A stretch of 64,000 nucleotides of DNA, from positions 9,796-73,795 of the forward strand of contig CAIUHP010000067.1 in assembly GCA_903899015.1 (NCBI GenBank), given 5' to 3'. A program made the position numbers and the translations under genes. Source of the DNA: an uncultured Armatimonadetes bacterium (GTDB taxonomy: Bacteria > Armatimonadota > Fimbriimonadia > Fimbriimonadales > Fimbriimonadaceae). Positions 36,747 through 46,494 of this stretch are shown here, piece by piece. The notes under the pieces are model-generated. The model saw only the letters and a program-made list of their open reading frames with translations. It was not told where the DNA came from and made no database searches. Position 1 is the first letter of the stretch. Every line of letters starts with the position of its first letter.

Positions 36747-38348
36747 ATGCCGCTACTCCTTGCCGCCCTCGTACTCGCGGGCGTCCATGTCTCGCAGATG
36801 AGAACCATGTCGATTATTCCTAAACCCGTTTCTGTTCAGCTTTCGGATGGCAACTTCACGCTAAATGCCACCACGTCTATTACCGCTCCTGCCTCTCTCG
36901 GGAAACTTGCCAAGCGGCTACAAAGTTATCTGGCCCCGGCAACTGGCTTTCCCTTTCCCCTCGTTAAAGATGGAGCGAGCAACACGATCAGCTTAAAACT
37001 CGATAAATCATTTGCTTCACTTGGATCGGAGGGCTACCGACTTTCGGTGTCGCGAGATCGTGTGGATATTCAGAGTTCCACTCAGGCGGGAGTGTTTTAT
37101 GGCGTTCAATCACTTCGCCAAATGCTCCCCAACGAGGTCTTCAATTCTAGTCAGGTCAGCGGTGTGGAATGGAATGTTCCGTGCTCAACGATCGAAGACC
37201 AACCGCGGTTTACCTGGCGTGGTCTGCATCTTGACGTCGGCCGCCATTTCATGCCGAAAGAGTTCGTGCTCAAATACATAGATCTGTTGGCCCTTCACAA
37301 AATGAACACCCTTCACTTCCATTTAACGGAGGATCAAGGTTGGCGCATCGAGATCAAGAAGTATCCCAAGCTGACTTCAGTGGGAGCATGGCGCAAGGAG
37401 ACGATGGCTGGACACTACGAGGAGCATCGCTACGACGGAACTCCTCACGGCGGCTTCTACACACAAAAAGAAATCAAGGAAATCGTTAAGTACGCTCAAG
37501 ATCGTTTTGTAACGGTTGTTCCTGAAATCGAAATGCCTGGACACGCCCAAGCAGCTATTGCCGCCTACCCTGAACTTGGAAATACCGGCAAGCAACTTGA
37601 GGTCGGAACCCACTGGGGAGTTTACGAAAACGTCTATAACGTCGAGGATAAGACGATCCAGTTCCAGAAAGACGTTTTAACGGAAGTTCTCGCCTTGTTC
37701 CCCAGTAAGTTCATCCACATTGGCGGCGATGAGTGCCCTAAAGAACAGTGGAAGGCAAGCCCTCAGGCACAAGCTAAGATTAAAGCCCTCGGCTTAAAAG
37801 ATGAGAACGAACTACAAAGCTGGTTCATTCACCAAATCGATGCGTTCCTGGCAGCCAAAGGTCGCCGACTCATCGGTTGGGATGAGATTCTAGAGGGCGG
37901 ACTTGCTCCCGGCGCGGCAGTCATGTCTTGGCGAGGCGAAGAGGGTGGTATCGCATCCGCAAAAGCTGGCCACGATGTAGTCATGACTCCTGGAAGTCAC
38001 ACCTACTTCGATCACTACCAGAGTCAGGACCACAAGGCAGAAGGCTTGGCTATTGGCGGATTCCTGCCCCTCGACAAAGTCTACAGCTACGAGCCAATCC
38101 CTCACCAACTGAATTCGGAAGAGGCAAAACATGTTCTTGGAGCCCAAGGACAGTTGTGGACCGAGTACATTCCAACCCCAAGTCGAGTGGAATACATGGC
38201 TTACCCTCGGGCATGCGCGCTTGCTGAAGTCCTATGGACGCCTAAAGAGGAAAAGAACTACCCCGACTTTATTGGCCGCCTCCGCGTACACGTCGACCGC
38301 CTGTCAAAACTCAACGTGAACTATCGAAAGTTAGATCCTAAGCCGTAG
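36747..38348 (+). CDS. beta-N-acetylhexosaminidase (GH20)
   Basis: Signal peptide, RGLHLDVGRHF, NTLHFHLTEDQGWR and the catalytic pair in HIGGDE. Confidence 0.92.
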   Translation: MPLLLAALVLAGVHVSQMRTMSIIPKPVSVQLSDGNFTLNATTSITAPASLGKLAKRLQSYLAPATGFPFPLVKDGASNTISLKLDKSFASLGSEGYRLSVSRDRVDIQSSTQAGVFYGVQSLRQMLPNEVFNSSQVSGVEWNVPCSTIEDQPRFTWRGLHLDVGRHFMPKEFVLKYIDLLALHKMNTLHFHLTEDQGWRIEIKKYPKLTSVGAWRKETMAGHYEEHRYDGTPHGGFYTQKEIKEIVKYAQDRFVTVVPEIEMPGHAQAAIAAYPELGNTGKQLEVGTHWGVYENVYNVEDKTIQFQKDVLTEVLALFPSKFIHIGGDECPKEQWKASPQAQAKIKALGLKDENELQSWFIHQIDAFLAAKGRRLIGWDEILEGGLAPGAAVMSWRGEEGGIASAKAGHDVVMTPGSHTYFDHYQSQDHKAEGLAIGGFLPLDKVYSYEPIPHQLNSEEAKHVLGAQGQLWTEYIPTPSRVEYMAYPRACALAEVLWTPKEEKNYPDFIGRLRVHVDRLSKLNVNYRKLDPKP

Positions 38349-38371
38349 TAAAGATGTCGGTCCGCTGTAAT

Positions 38372-38456
38372 CCGGGGCTGGATTGTGCCCCGGTTTACAA
38401 GCGAAGGCTCGAGCCGGTTCAGATCGGCTCAAGTTCGTATGAGTAAACCGGGGCAC
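38372..38456. terminator. nested palindromic element between convergent GH20 and GH29 genes
   Basis: Perfect 14-bp inverted repeat GTGCCCCGGTTTAC (38385-38398) / GTAAACCGGGGCAC (38443-38456). It encloses an 8/9-bp inner hairpin CTCGAGCCG/CGGCTCAAG. There is also an alternative CCGGGGC/GCCCCGG hairpin at 38372-38393. Confidence 0.45.
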
Positions 38457-38469
38457 AGCCCGAGGCACA

Positions 38470-40257
38470 TCAGGCTCTCGGTTCGATCTTAATCGACTTT
38501 AGATTCATGACTCCGTAACCCGACAGATGAGTGGGAATGACCTTCACCGTTACCTTTCCGGGCGTCGCTAGCTTCACGCTACCGAGAAACAAATTGGTGA
38601 AGTTGCTCCAGCTACCGGTTCCCGGAACCGTGCCACTTACTTTTTGGTCACCGATCATGATGTCAAAAGTTGATCCTTTCGAGGCTTCTTCGCAAGCGAT
38701 TTCCGCTTTTAGCGTGTAGTAACCAGCCTTTTTGAGATCAAACGTCCAAGAAACGGTGTCCGCCGCATTCGTCCAAAACCCGATAGCATTTTTCGAGGCT
38801 TCAAACTGAGCCGTAGAGCCTGAAACGGTGGCGTCAATCGCACCTAGTGAAACGGAGCCGTCGGCAGCTTGGCTCAAAGGAATGGCAGTCACTTTAGGCT
38901 TTCCTGCGATCTCCATTACCAGTACCGTCGAAGCTTCATCCTTCATAGCAGGGAGCTTAACGTGCACTCCCGAAGCATCTTCGGTGTACGAAACAGCCTC
39001 TTTCGAATCGCTACCCATCAGGTGAATGCCCTTAATCTTCACACTTAGGCCTGGTAAGTCGATGTTGCTCAACGTATGGTCAAACACGTTGAGATAGATC
39101 TTGCCTGGCTTCTGAGTCACTCGGCCCCATGAAAGCACCTTGGGAAATGGGCTTGCAGATGTTCCGTAAACCGACTCGGAATACTTCTTCATCCAATCAC
39201 CTACTTCGCTCAGGCGTTCAATGCTGGCGTCGGGAATCTCACCTAATGAAGTAGGTCCCACGTTCAGCAGATAGTTGCCTCCCTTCGAAGCGCAGTCCAC
39301 TAGGTTTCGGATTAATGTGGTGCTCGACTTCCAGTTGTGATCATGGGAACTAAAGCCCCATGTATCGTTCATCGTCATGCACGATTCCCAATCTTGTCCC
39401 GGAATTCCGTTCGCAGGAATTTCCTGTTCTGGGGTGCCGTAATCACCTACAAAGTCACTGCTGTTGGCAGTCGCACCGCCTCCAGATCGTCCCGTATCCA
39501 CCCGGTTGTTGACGATGATGTTTGGCTGAAGGCTTCGAATATAGTTATAGAGATCCTTGCCCCTCTCATGCGTCCAAGTATCTTCCCACTGACCGTCAAA
39601 CCAAACTAATCCGATGGGTCCGTAATTGGTCAAAAGTTCCTTAAGCTGCCCCTTCATGTATTGGACGTATCGATCCATGCTGGCCTGGCTTGCATCTCGT
39701 GTGTCCCAAGATCGGCGAGGCAAGTAGTCCGGAGCATGCCAGTCCATGATTGAGTGATAGAAGCACAGCGTGATCCCAGCCGTCTTACACGCTTGCGAAA
39801 GTTCCATTAACGGATCGCGATGAAATCGGGTGTGGCCAATATTCCACGTCCCCAATTTTGAGGGCCACATTCCGAAGCCTTCATGATGCTTCGAGGTGAT
39901 GACGATGTATTTCATCCCTGCGTTCTTCGCAATCTGAACCCACTTCTTTGCATCGAAGTTCACAGGATTAAATTGCTGCTGAAGCGGTTCGTAGTCCTCG
40001 GGTTTCACCTTCGCCGTATATTGAAGCCATTCCGCCGCCCCTGCAACCTCTTTACCAGCCCAATTGCCGGCTGGAACCGAGTAGAGCCCCCAGTGAATGA
40101 ACATGCCGAAACGTGCGTCGCGGAACCAGGCCATTCGTTTGTCATGCTGAGCCTTGGTGTCCATTTTCGGCAATGACTTGCTCTGCACCGGTTGGACAGG
40201 CTGGGGATTCAACAATGCCTTGTGCAGGCCAATACCTAAGAGCAAACTCGTGATCAT
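38470..40257 (-). CDS. alpha-L-fucosidase (GH29) with C-terminal carbohydrate-binding module
   Basis: FGMFIHWG, KYIVITSKHHEGF and WFDG motifs, plus a C-terminal beta-sandwich of about 130 aa. ATG 40257 (MITSLLLG) has GGGAG upstream. Confidence 0.9.
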   Translation of the reverse strand: MITSLLLGIGLHKALLNPQPVQPVQSKSLPKMDTKAQHDKRMAWFRDARFGMFIHWGLYSVPAGNWAGKEVAGAAEWLQYTAKVKPEDYEPLQQQFNPVNFDAKKWVQIAKNAGMKYIVITSKHHEGFGMWPSKLGTWNIGHTRFHRDPLMELSQACKTAGITLCFYHSIMDWHAPDYLPRRSWDTRDASQASMDRYVQYMKGQLKELLTNYGPIGLVWFDGQWEDTWTHERGKDLYNYIRSLQPNIIVNNRVDTGRSGGGATANSSDFVGDYGTPEQEIPANGIPGQDWESCMTMNDTWGFSSHDHNWKSSTTLIRNLVDCASKGGNYLLNVGPTSLGEIPDASIERLSEVGDWMKKYSESVYGTSASPFPKVLSWGRVTQKPGKIYLNVFDHTLSNIDLPGLSVKIKGIHLMGSDSKEAVSYTEDASGVHVKLPAMKDEASTVLVMEIAGKPKVTAIPLSQAADGSVSLGAIDATVSGSTAQFEASKNAIGFWTNAADTVSWTFDLKKAGYYTLKAEIACEEASKGSTFDIMIGDQKVSGTVPGTGSWSNFTNLFLGSVKLATPGKVTVKVIPTHLSGYGVMNLKSIKIEPRA

Positions 40258-40628
40258 GAACAAAAACTCCCTTTCCCGAAGCGGCATCGTCGGCGCAGCA
40301 TCAAATCAAAAGATACCCGCAGTCTTAAGGCGCCTCTCTTTCTCTTACTAGTTGGCGATGATCAAGCGAGAAATCATCTAACGCGCAGGTGAAAAGGCGC
40401 CCGACAATCGTCTTCTGCCACTCTTCAAGTTTCATAGTCGCACTCGCCGGCGAGTCGGTCACCTAACAACGGGCGCCGTGGAATGGGATCGAACATTGAC
40501 GTACTCGACGGGCAGAACGGCAACGAATTTCTTATCCGGTGCAACAGATTTCACTCGCACTGTTGCGGGGACACAAACCCATTCCCGTCTACAAGGCGGG
40601 CCAAGAAATGCTAGTTCCAGCCAAGCTT

Positions 40629-41684
40629 TTACTTTTCTTTCGGCAATCCATGCCCCAAAGTTCCTGCTCGGACTTCGCGGTGAGGATCGACCAACGTGGT
40701 TTTATCTTCGTACACCCATGGCGTTTGCCAAAGTAGCTTGAGCGCAGTGGTGATCGGCATGGTGTGGAATCGATCAGGCCACAGTTCAGCGACCTTTGCT
40801 TCGATTGCCCTCGAATGCTTACCGTGTGCTCCTGGGAACAGGTGATGGGCAACGTGAGCGCCAAAGTGTTGGTGCCAGGGGTCCAGCCATTGAAGGGCCT
40901 TCGGGAGCGTGACGCTCAGTGAAGTCGCTAAAACATCCCGATCATCAGCAAGCGGGTTTAAAAAGTGGTTGGTTGCGATATAAGAGATGGCGACTGCATT
41001 GCCAATAAGGAGAGGCACGAAATATCCCCACCAGAAGACTTGAGTGCCCAGCAGCAACGAACCGGTGACCCATAAGGTTACCGGAACCAGAAACTGAGCA
41101 ACCAGGAGGACTCTTTGACCTGAGGTTGTTTGCTTGCTCTTTAGATACGTCAAGAGCATCCGGATCATTTGTTGATCCATCCGGTAGCTGAACGAGCTAA
41201 AGATAATGAGGTTTCGAGCCAAGGGAGAGATGCGATAAAGCCATCTCAAAATCGGGTTATTCTTGTAGTCCTCGATCGTAAAGAGGTGGTCTGGATCCAC
41301 TCCTTCGACTTGGGTGTTGTTATGGTGGTCGGCGTTGTGCCACCTGCGCCAAAGATATGGCCCAATTGCGAGAGGAGAAAATCCGAGCCCTGCCAACAAA
41401 TCACGAATCCAAAGCTTTTTAATCGTTCCGCCGTGGCATATATCGTGAGCCAGGAATCCCATGCAAGCGAATGAGTGCCCGATGACCAGACTTACGACGG
41501 GCGCTATCCACCACGAGAAGTGCTTTACAAGCAGGTAGTAACCAATTGAAATCAGAGCGCCGTGAACCAGAAACCAGGCTAGGTTTCCATAGTCAGGTTC
41601 TAAAATATTGGAAGGCATAGCCTTCTTGACTTGATTGCGATAATTCGGGATCTGTGAGGTGGGTTCGCGAGTGATAGTTGCCAT
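40629..41684 (-). CDS. membrane fatty acid desaturase
   Basis: Three histidine boxes: HDICHG, HNADHHNNT and HVAHHLFP. Multiple TM segments. Confidence 0.88.
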   Translation of the reverse strand: MATITREPTSQIPNYRNQVKKAMPSNILEPDYGNLAWFLVHGALISIGYYLLVKHFSWWIAPVVSLVIGHSFACMGFLAHDICHGGTIKKLWIRDLLAGLGFSPLAIGPYLWRRWHNADHHNNTQVEGVDPDHLFTIEDYKNNPILRWLYRISPLARNLIIFSSFSYRMDQQMIRMLLTYLKSKQTTSGQRVLLVAQFLVPVTLWVTGSLLLGTQVFWWGYFVPLLIGNAVAISYIATNHFLNPLADDRDVLATSLSVTLPKALQWLDPWHQHFGAHVAHHLFPGAHGKHSRAIEAKVAELWPDRFHTMPITTALKLLWQTPWVYEDKTTLVDPHREVRAGTLGHGLPKEK

Positions 41685-41899
41685 AAACCGTGCTTCGTCA
41701 ACTAGTGTGACGGACCATTCCAGATAAAGTTGCAGATCAAAACCGCTACTGTCCTTCGTATTTTAACCAAAGAGAAAGACGTCCCAGTTCCCGGTAAAGA
41801 CTTTACAAATGTCTGCCGCGTGCAGATCAAGCCCGGCAATCGAATCAAAAACGCCGCCGAGAGGCGCTCTGAAAGAAGCGGTACCGGTATCCTCACAAC

Positions 41900-43078
41900 A
41901 TGCACAACGCAGTGATAATTGCTGGCGCTCGAACTCCGGTCGGAGCATTCCTTGGTTCCCTTTCCACCTTTACTGCTTCGCAACTCGGGGCAAAGGCAAT
42001 CGCGGCCGCGGTTGAGAGATCGACGGTCTCGCCAAACGAAATTGGTGAAGTCATCATGGGATGTGTTCTAACAGGTGGACAAGGCCAAGCACCTGCACGA
42101 CAGGCAACGATTGGCGCAGGATTACCCGATTCAGTCCCAGCGCTCACGATCAATAAAGTCTGTGGCTCCGGCATGAAGTCTGTGATGCTGGCCGCTCAAG
42201 CGATTCGCCTCGGAGACAGCAACATCGTCGTTGCTGGAGGGATGGAATCCATGAGTAACGCTCCTTACGTTCTCGATAAAGCACGAACGGGCTATCGAAT
42301 GGGAAATGGATCGTTGATCGACACCATGATTCACGATGGACTCTGGGATCCATACAACAACTGTCATATGGGCAACTGCGGGGACAGCACTTCAAAGGCT
42401 CTATCGTTTAGCCGCGAAGATCTCGATGCCTACAGCGCAGAAAGCTACCGTAGAGCGCTCGACGCTCAGGCTAACGACCGATTTAGCGATGAGATCATCA
42501 CGGTTGAAGTCCCCCAACGTAAAGGTGACCCACTTATCGTTTCGGAAGACGAAGAACCAGGCAAGGGCAATCCCTCAAAACTGCCCGGCCTTCGACCAGC
42601 ATTCAGCAAAGACGGCGTGACGACGGCCGGAAATGCCAGTTCCATTGATGACGGAGGCGCGGCTGTCGTAGTTACCTCAGAAGACGAAGCTAAAAAACGA
42701 GGAATTCGCCCACTTGGCAGAATCGTCGGTTACTCGACTCACGCCCAACAACCAGAATGGTTTACGACTGCGCCTGCCTTCGCCATCGAAAAATTACTTG
42801 CGAAACACGGTTTGACCGTGAACGACATTGACCTTTTTGAAGTCAACGAAGCCTTCGCAGTCGTTGCCATGGCGGTGATGAAGCAGGTGAACATTCCTCA
42901 TGAGAAGGTGAATGTCAACGGTGGCGCGGTCGCCATCGGCCACCCAATCGGGATGACAGGGACTCGGCTGATTCTTACTGCGTTACATGAACTACGTCGC
43001 CGTGGTGGTCGGTATGCAATCGCGACCCCATGTATCGGTGGCGGTGAGGCAACGGCCATACTGTTAGAAGCGATGTAG
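41900..43078 (+). CDS. acetyl-CoA C-acetyltransferase (thiolase II)
   Basis: The active-site Cys in [14 protein letters not shown] and the C-terminal CIGGGEA. Confidence 0.95.
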   Translation: MHNAVIIAGARTPVGAFLGSLSTFTASQLGAKAIAAAVERSTVSPNEIGEVIMGCVLTGGQGQAPARQATIGAGLPDSVPALTINKVCGSGMKSVMLAAQAIRLGDSNIVVAGGMESMSNAPYVLDKARTGYRMGNGSLIDTMIHDGLWDPYNNCHMGNCGDSTSKALSFSREDLDAYSAESYRRALDAQANDRFSDEIITVEVPQRKGDPLIVSEDEEPGKGNPSKLPGLRPAFSKDGVTTAGNASSIDDGGAAVVVTSEDEAKKRGIRPLGRIVGYSTHAQQPEWFTTAPAFAIEKLLAKHGLTVNDIDLFEVNEAFAVVAMAVMKQVNIPHEKVNVNGGAVAIGHPIGMTGTRLILTALHELRRRGGRYAIATPCIGGGEATAILLEAM

Positions 43079-43152
43079 TCCGCAATAAAACGTGCGGTTA
43101 TCGCGATCACTTTCCGATAAGAATAGTAGGGACTACACGATGGGTCCATTTT

Positions 43153-43195
43153 GACAAAGGCCCTAGGTCTGAAACGCAGATCTAGCGCCTTTGTC
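43153..43195 (+). promoter_or_regulatory. long imperfect hairpin 16 nt upstream of the glgA start
   Basis: GACAAAGGC (43153-43161) / GCCTTTGTC (43187-43195), continued inward by CTAG and TCTG pairs (about 17 of 19 bp). No U-run follows. Confidence 0.4.
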
Positions 43196-43210
43196 GTCTA
43201 GAGATCAAGG

Positions 43211-44662
43211 ATGAGAATTTTATTTGTTTCGGTTGAAGTCGCGCCATTCGCGAAGGTCGGAGGACTCGCCGATGTAGCGGGCGCCCTTCCTAAGGCCCTC
43301 AGAAAGCTCGGCCACGATGCCCGAACAATCATGCCCGCTTACCGCATGATTGAGGAAGATTCACGATGGAGTCTTGAAACAAAGATTGAAGATTTCGCCG
43401 TTTGCCTTGGTAATCGTGGCACCAAACAAGCCTATTACAAGGAAACCACTCACGAGGGAGTCCCAATCGGTTTCATCGGAACCGACGAGTGGTACACCGA
43501 AGCCATCAACAGTGAGACTGTTTACCAGCCGGGTGGACTTCAACACTTGTTCTTCAGCCGAGCCGTTCTCCAGGCGATGGAGCAGATCGACTGGATTCCT
43601 GACGTCATCCACTGCAACGACTGGCACACCGGATTTTTGCCTGTCCTTATGCGCGAGCAAGGTGGGTCGACTTGGGACGATGTCTCAAGCATCTATACCA
43701 TTCACAATCTCGCCTACCAGGGTGAATTTGGCCTCGAAGTATTTGACATCCTGGGCCTTCCCCACCATCTCTACAACCACGAGCAGCTCGAAGCTTGGGG
43801 GCGGGTCAACTTCCTCAAAGCAGGATGCGTCTATGCTGACCGCGTCAACACGGTCAGCAGAAATTACGCCAACGAAATTCAGACCCAGGAATTCGGATGC
43901 GGATTTGAAGGGTTGATGTCTCACTTGGGTTCGTTGGGATACCTTTCAGGCATTCTCAATGGTCTCGACATCGACGTGTTCAATCCTGAAACTGACAAAG
44001 ACATCCCCGCAAACTTCTCAAGCAACGATCCATCTGGGAAGGCGGAGTGCAAACGCCTCCTCCTACAAGAGTTGAACCTTGAGCCCATTGAGGGTGCTCC
44101 CCTCTTTGGAGTCGTAAGTCGCTTGAGTAGCCAGAAAGGCATGGATCTTATGCTTGAGGCTGCTGAAGCGATGTTCTCGTTGCCGATTCAGCTTGTCGTT
44201 CAAGGTTTGGGGGATCCGTCTTTAGCGACTGCCTTCTACGATCTGCAAGAACGCTATCCAAAGCATTTCCGATTCGTTCCCCGGTTCGATGCCCCAATCG
44301 CCCAGCGAATTTACGCGGGCTGCGACGGATTTCTGATGCCAAGCAAGTTTGAGCCCTGCGGATTGGGCCAAATGATCGCGATGAGATACGGGACCGTTCC
44401 GGTTGTACGAGCTACAGGCGGATTGGCAGACACGGTTTTTGAAGGAAGGAACGGCTTTGTCTTCGAAAAGAAAGAGCCCATGGAGTTGCTCTCAGCAGTA
44501 TCGCGTGCCAAGGCAACCTATGATCAGCCTCATCGATGGCGTGCGCTCATCCGCAACGGCATGCGAGGCAATTATTCTTGGGACAAGAGTGCTCAAGAAT
44601 ATGTGGACTTGTACATCAGCGCTCAGCGAGAACGACAGCTTTCGAGCGTCAAGACTGCCTAA
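43211..44662 (+). CDS. glgA: glycogen synthase (GT5)
   Basis: MRILFVSVEVAPFAKVGGLADV (KxGGL motif), and the C-terminal PSKFEPCGL. Confidence 0.95.
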   Translation: MRILFVSVEVAPFAKVGGLADVAGALPKALRKLGHDARTIMPAYRMIEEDSRWSLETKIEDFAVCLGNRGTKQAYYKETTHEGVPIGFIGTDEWYTEAINSETVYQPGGLQHLFFSRAVLQAMEQIDWIPDVIHCNDWHTGFLPVLMREQGGSTWDDVSSIYTIHNLAYQGEFGLEVFDILGLPHHLYNHEQLEAWGRVNFLKAGCVYADRVNTVSRNYANEIQTQEFGCGFEGLMSHLGSLGYLSGILNGLDIDVFNPETDKDIPANFSSNDPSGKAECKRLLLQELNLEPIEGAPLFGVVSRLSSQKGMDLMLEAAEAMFSLPIQLVVQGLGDPSLATAFYDLQERYPKHFRFVPRFDAPIAQRIYAGCDGFLMPSKFEPCGLGQMIAMRYGTVPVVRATGGLADTVFEGRNGFVFEKKEPMELLSAVSRAKATYDQPHRWRALIRNGMRGNYSWDKSAQEYVDLYISAQRERQLSSVKTA

Positions 44663-44669
44663 GGCCAGC

Positions 44670-45638
44670 TCAAGAACCGTTTTGAAGATTGATTTCAGCA
44701 TTTCTTCGAATGCCACGTAATCCTGTGCGCCTAATGGCAGAACCGTTTGTCAGTTCATCCCATTGAACTTCATCCATTTGTTGGATGTGTTTGAGGTTAG
44801 GCCACTGACGACGATTGAGAAAGTCAGGCTCGGTGGTTAGGCCCGCTCGTAAGGGCTGGGACTCTCTTGGCTGATTAAATGGACACACCGATTGGCAAAT
44901 GTCACAGCCAAACGTCCAATCTCCAATGCCCTGTCTTAGATCGGGAGGAATCTCCCCCTCATGCTCGATCGTAAGGTAACTGACACACGACCTAGCATCG
45001 ACTTGCCACCTTCCCTCTTCAAATACGATTGCGCCGGTCGGACAGGCCTCAATGCAAGCGCGGCACGTACCGCAAGCCCCAAGGGCCGGGGCATCGGCCT
45101 CGAACTTTACACTGGTAAGCAATAAGCCAATAAAGAACCAACTCCCGCGTTTGGAGTCGATAAGGCACGTGTTCTTCCCAAACCAGCCTAGACCCGCCAT
45201 ATGAGCGTAATCACGCTCCAGGATTGGTGCCGAGTCAACACAGGCGCGATTATGCGACCCAGGATATTCTATTTCGATCCAGGCCGCTAATTTTTTGAGC
45301 CTTCCTCGAATAACACGGTGATAGTCTCTTCCTAGTGCATAAGTAGCGAGGTGGGGTTCACCAGGCACGGCAGGGTTCGGTTGGTAATAATTAAGTGCGA
45401 CCGCAACAATTGATGCCGCATCCGGCAATAATTCGGTCGGGTTTGCCTTTAATGGCACATGACGTGCCAGATACTCCATGGAGCCGTGATATCCCTTAGC
45501 AATCCAGTCTTCGTAGGCAGCTAAATGGGGCGCTGGTAATGCTTCACAAACGCCCACCGACATAAACCCTAACTCAAGGGCCTTATGCTTAAGGTCAGTT
45601 GATGAAACCATTGAGCCTGACATGAAGGAGTCACTCAA
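44670..45638 (-). CDS. queG: epoxyqueuosine reductase
   Basis: 4Fe-4S ferredoxin motif CGTCRACIEACPTGA, a second cluster CDICQSVCPFN, and a cobalamin-domain N-terminus. Confidence 0.9.
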   Translation of the reverse strand: MSDSFMSGSMVSSTDLKHKALELGFMSVGVCEALPAPHLAAYEDWIAKGYHGSMEYLARHVPLKANPTELLPDAASIVAVALNYYQPNPAVPGEPHLATYALGRDYHRVIRGRLKKLAAWIEIEYPGSHNRACVDSAPILERDYAHMAGLGWFGKNTCLIDSKRGSWFFIGLLLTSVKFEADAPALGACGTCRACIEACPTGAIVFEEGRWQVDARSCVSYLTIEHEGEIPPDLRQGIGDWTFGCDICQSVCPFNQPRESQPLRAGLTTEPDFLNRRQWPNLKHIQQMDEVQWDELTNGSAIRRTGLRGIRRNAEINLQNGS

Positions 45639-45651
45639 TTATTGCCGAAAC

Positions 45652-46494
45652 TCAAATCTCGTTTTGGCTAGTCAGAAATTCTCGGGTTACGGCCACCCAC
45701 TGCTCAATCGTCAGATCATGGGGTCGAATTTTCTCATCAAGGCCCACCTTCTCAATAAGCTCGGTGAAGGTTTCCCGAGGAATGCGATAGGTTGCCATGA
45801 GATTGTTGGCGAGCGTCTTCCGCGGCTGTGTAAATCCTGCCCGAACTAATTTGAAAAACGCCTGTCGAAGGGTGGGATCGAGGTCTATCGGTCGAGAAAC
45901 AAACTTGAGCACCGTGCTATCGACCTTCGGAGGTGGCACAAAAACAGCTGCCGGAACTTGGGCTATAGTCGTAATTTCGAATTGGCTCTGAAGATAAACG
46001 GAGAGCGAACCTCGGTCCGAGTTTCCAGCCTTTGCGCTGATCCTCTGAGCAACTTCCTTCTGCATCATCAAAACCGCTACCGAGAACGCCGAGTTCGCCT
46101 CGGCAATTTTGGTAAGCAAAGGTCCCGTGATGTAATACGGAAGGTTTGAGACAATGGCCCTTGGTTCGGGCAACTCATTGAGCACGCTTACCAAATCTAC
46201 GGCAAGAGCGTCAATTTGTCTGACGTCTACCTTGGGTGCAGATGATTTGAGCGCTTCGATCATTCGCTCGTCAAGTTCAAGCGCAATCATCTTCTCAACT
46301 TTTTCTGAAATAAGCGAGGTGAGGACTCCTGGGCCGGGTCCAATTTCGCAGACACCCTGACAATCATCAGTGCTGTCAACGATGGCTTCTACAGCGGCTC
46401 GAGAGCATAGGAAATGCTGCCCGAGCCCCTTAGAGGCGGTGATCCCATGTTGCGCAAGGAACGTTTTTAAGGTTCCGGGATCGTAGAGTTTCAA
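45652..46494 (-). CDS. rsmA: 16S rRNA (adenine1518/1519-N6)-dimethyltransferase
   Basis: GQHFL, EIGPGPG and SNLPYYI motifs. Confidence 0.93.
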   Translation of the reverse strand: MKLYDPGTLKTFLAQHGITASKGLGQHFLCSRAAVEAIVDSTDDCQGVCEIGPGPGVLTSLISEKVEKMIALELDERMIEALKSSAPKVDVRQIDALAVDLVSVLNELPEPRAIVSNLPYYITGPLLTKIAEANSAFSVAVLMMQKEVAQRISAKAGNSDRGSLSVYLQSQFEITTIAQVPAAVFVPPPKVDSTVLKFVSRPIDLDPTLRQAFFKLVRAGFTQPRKTLANNLMATYRIPRETFTELIEKVGLDEKIRPHDLTIEQWVAVTREFLTSQNEI

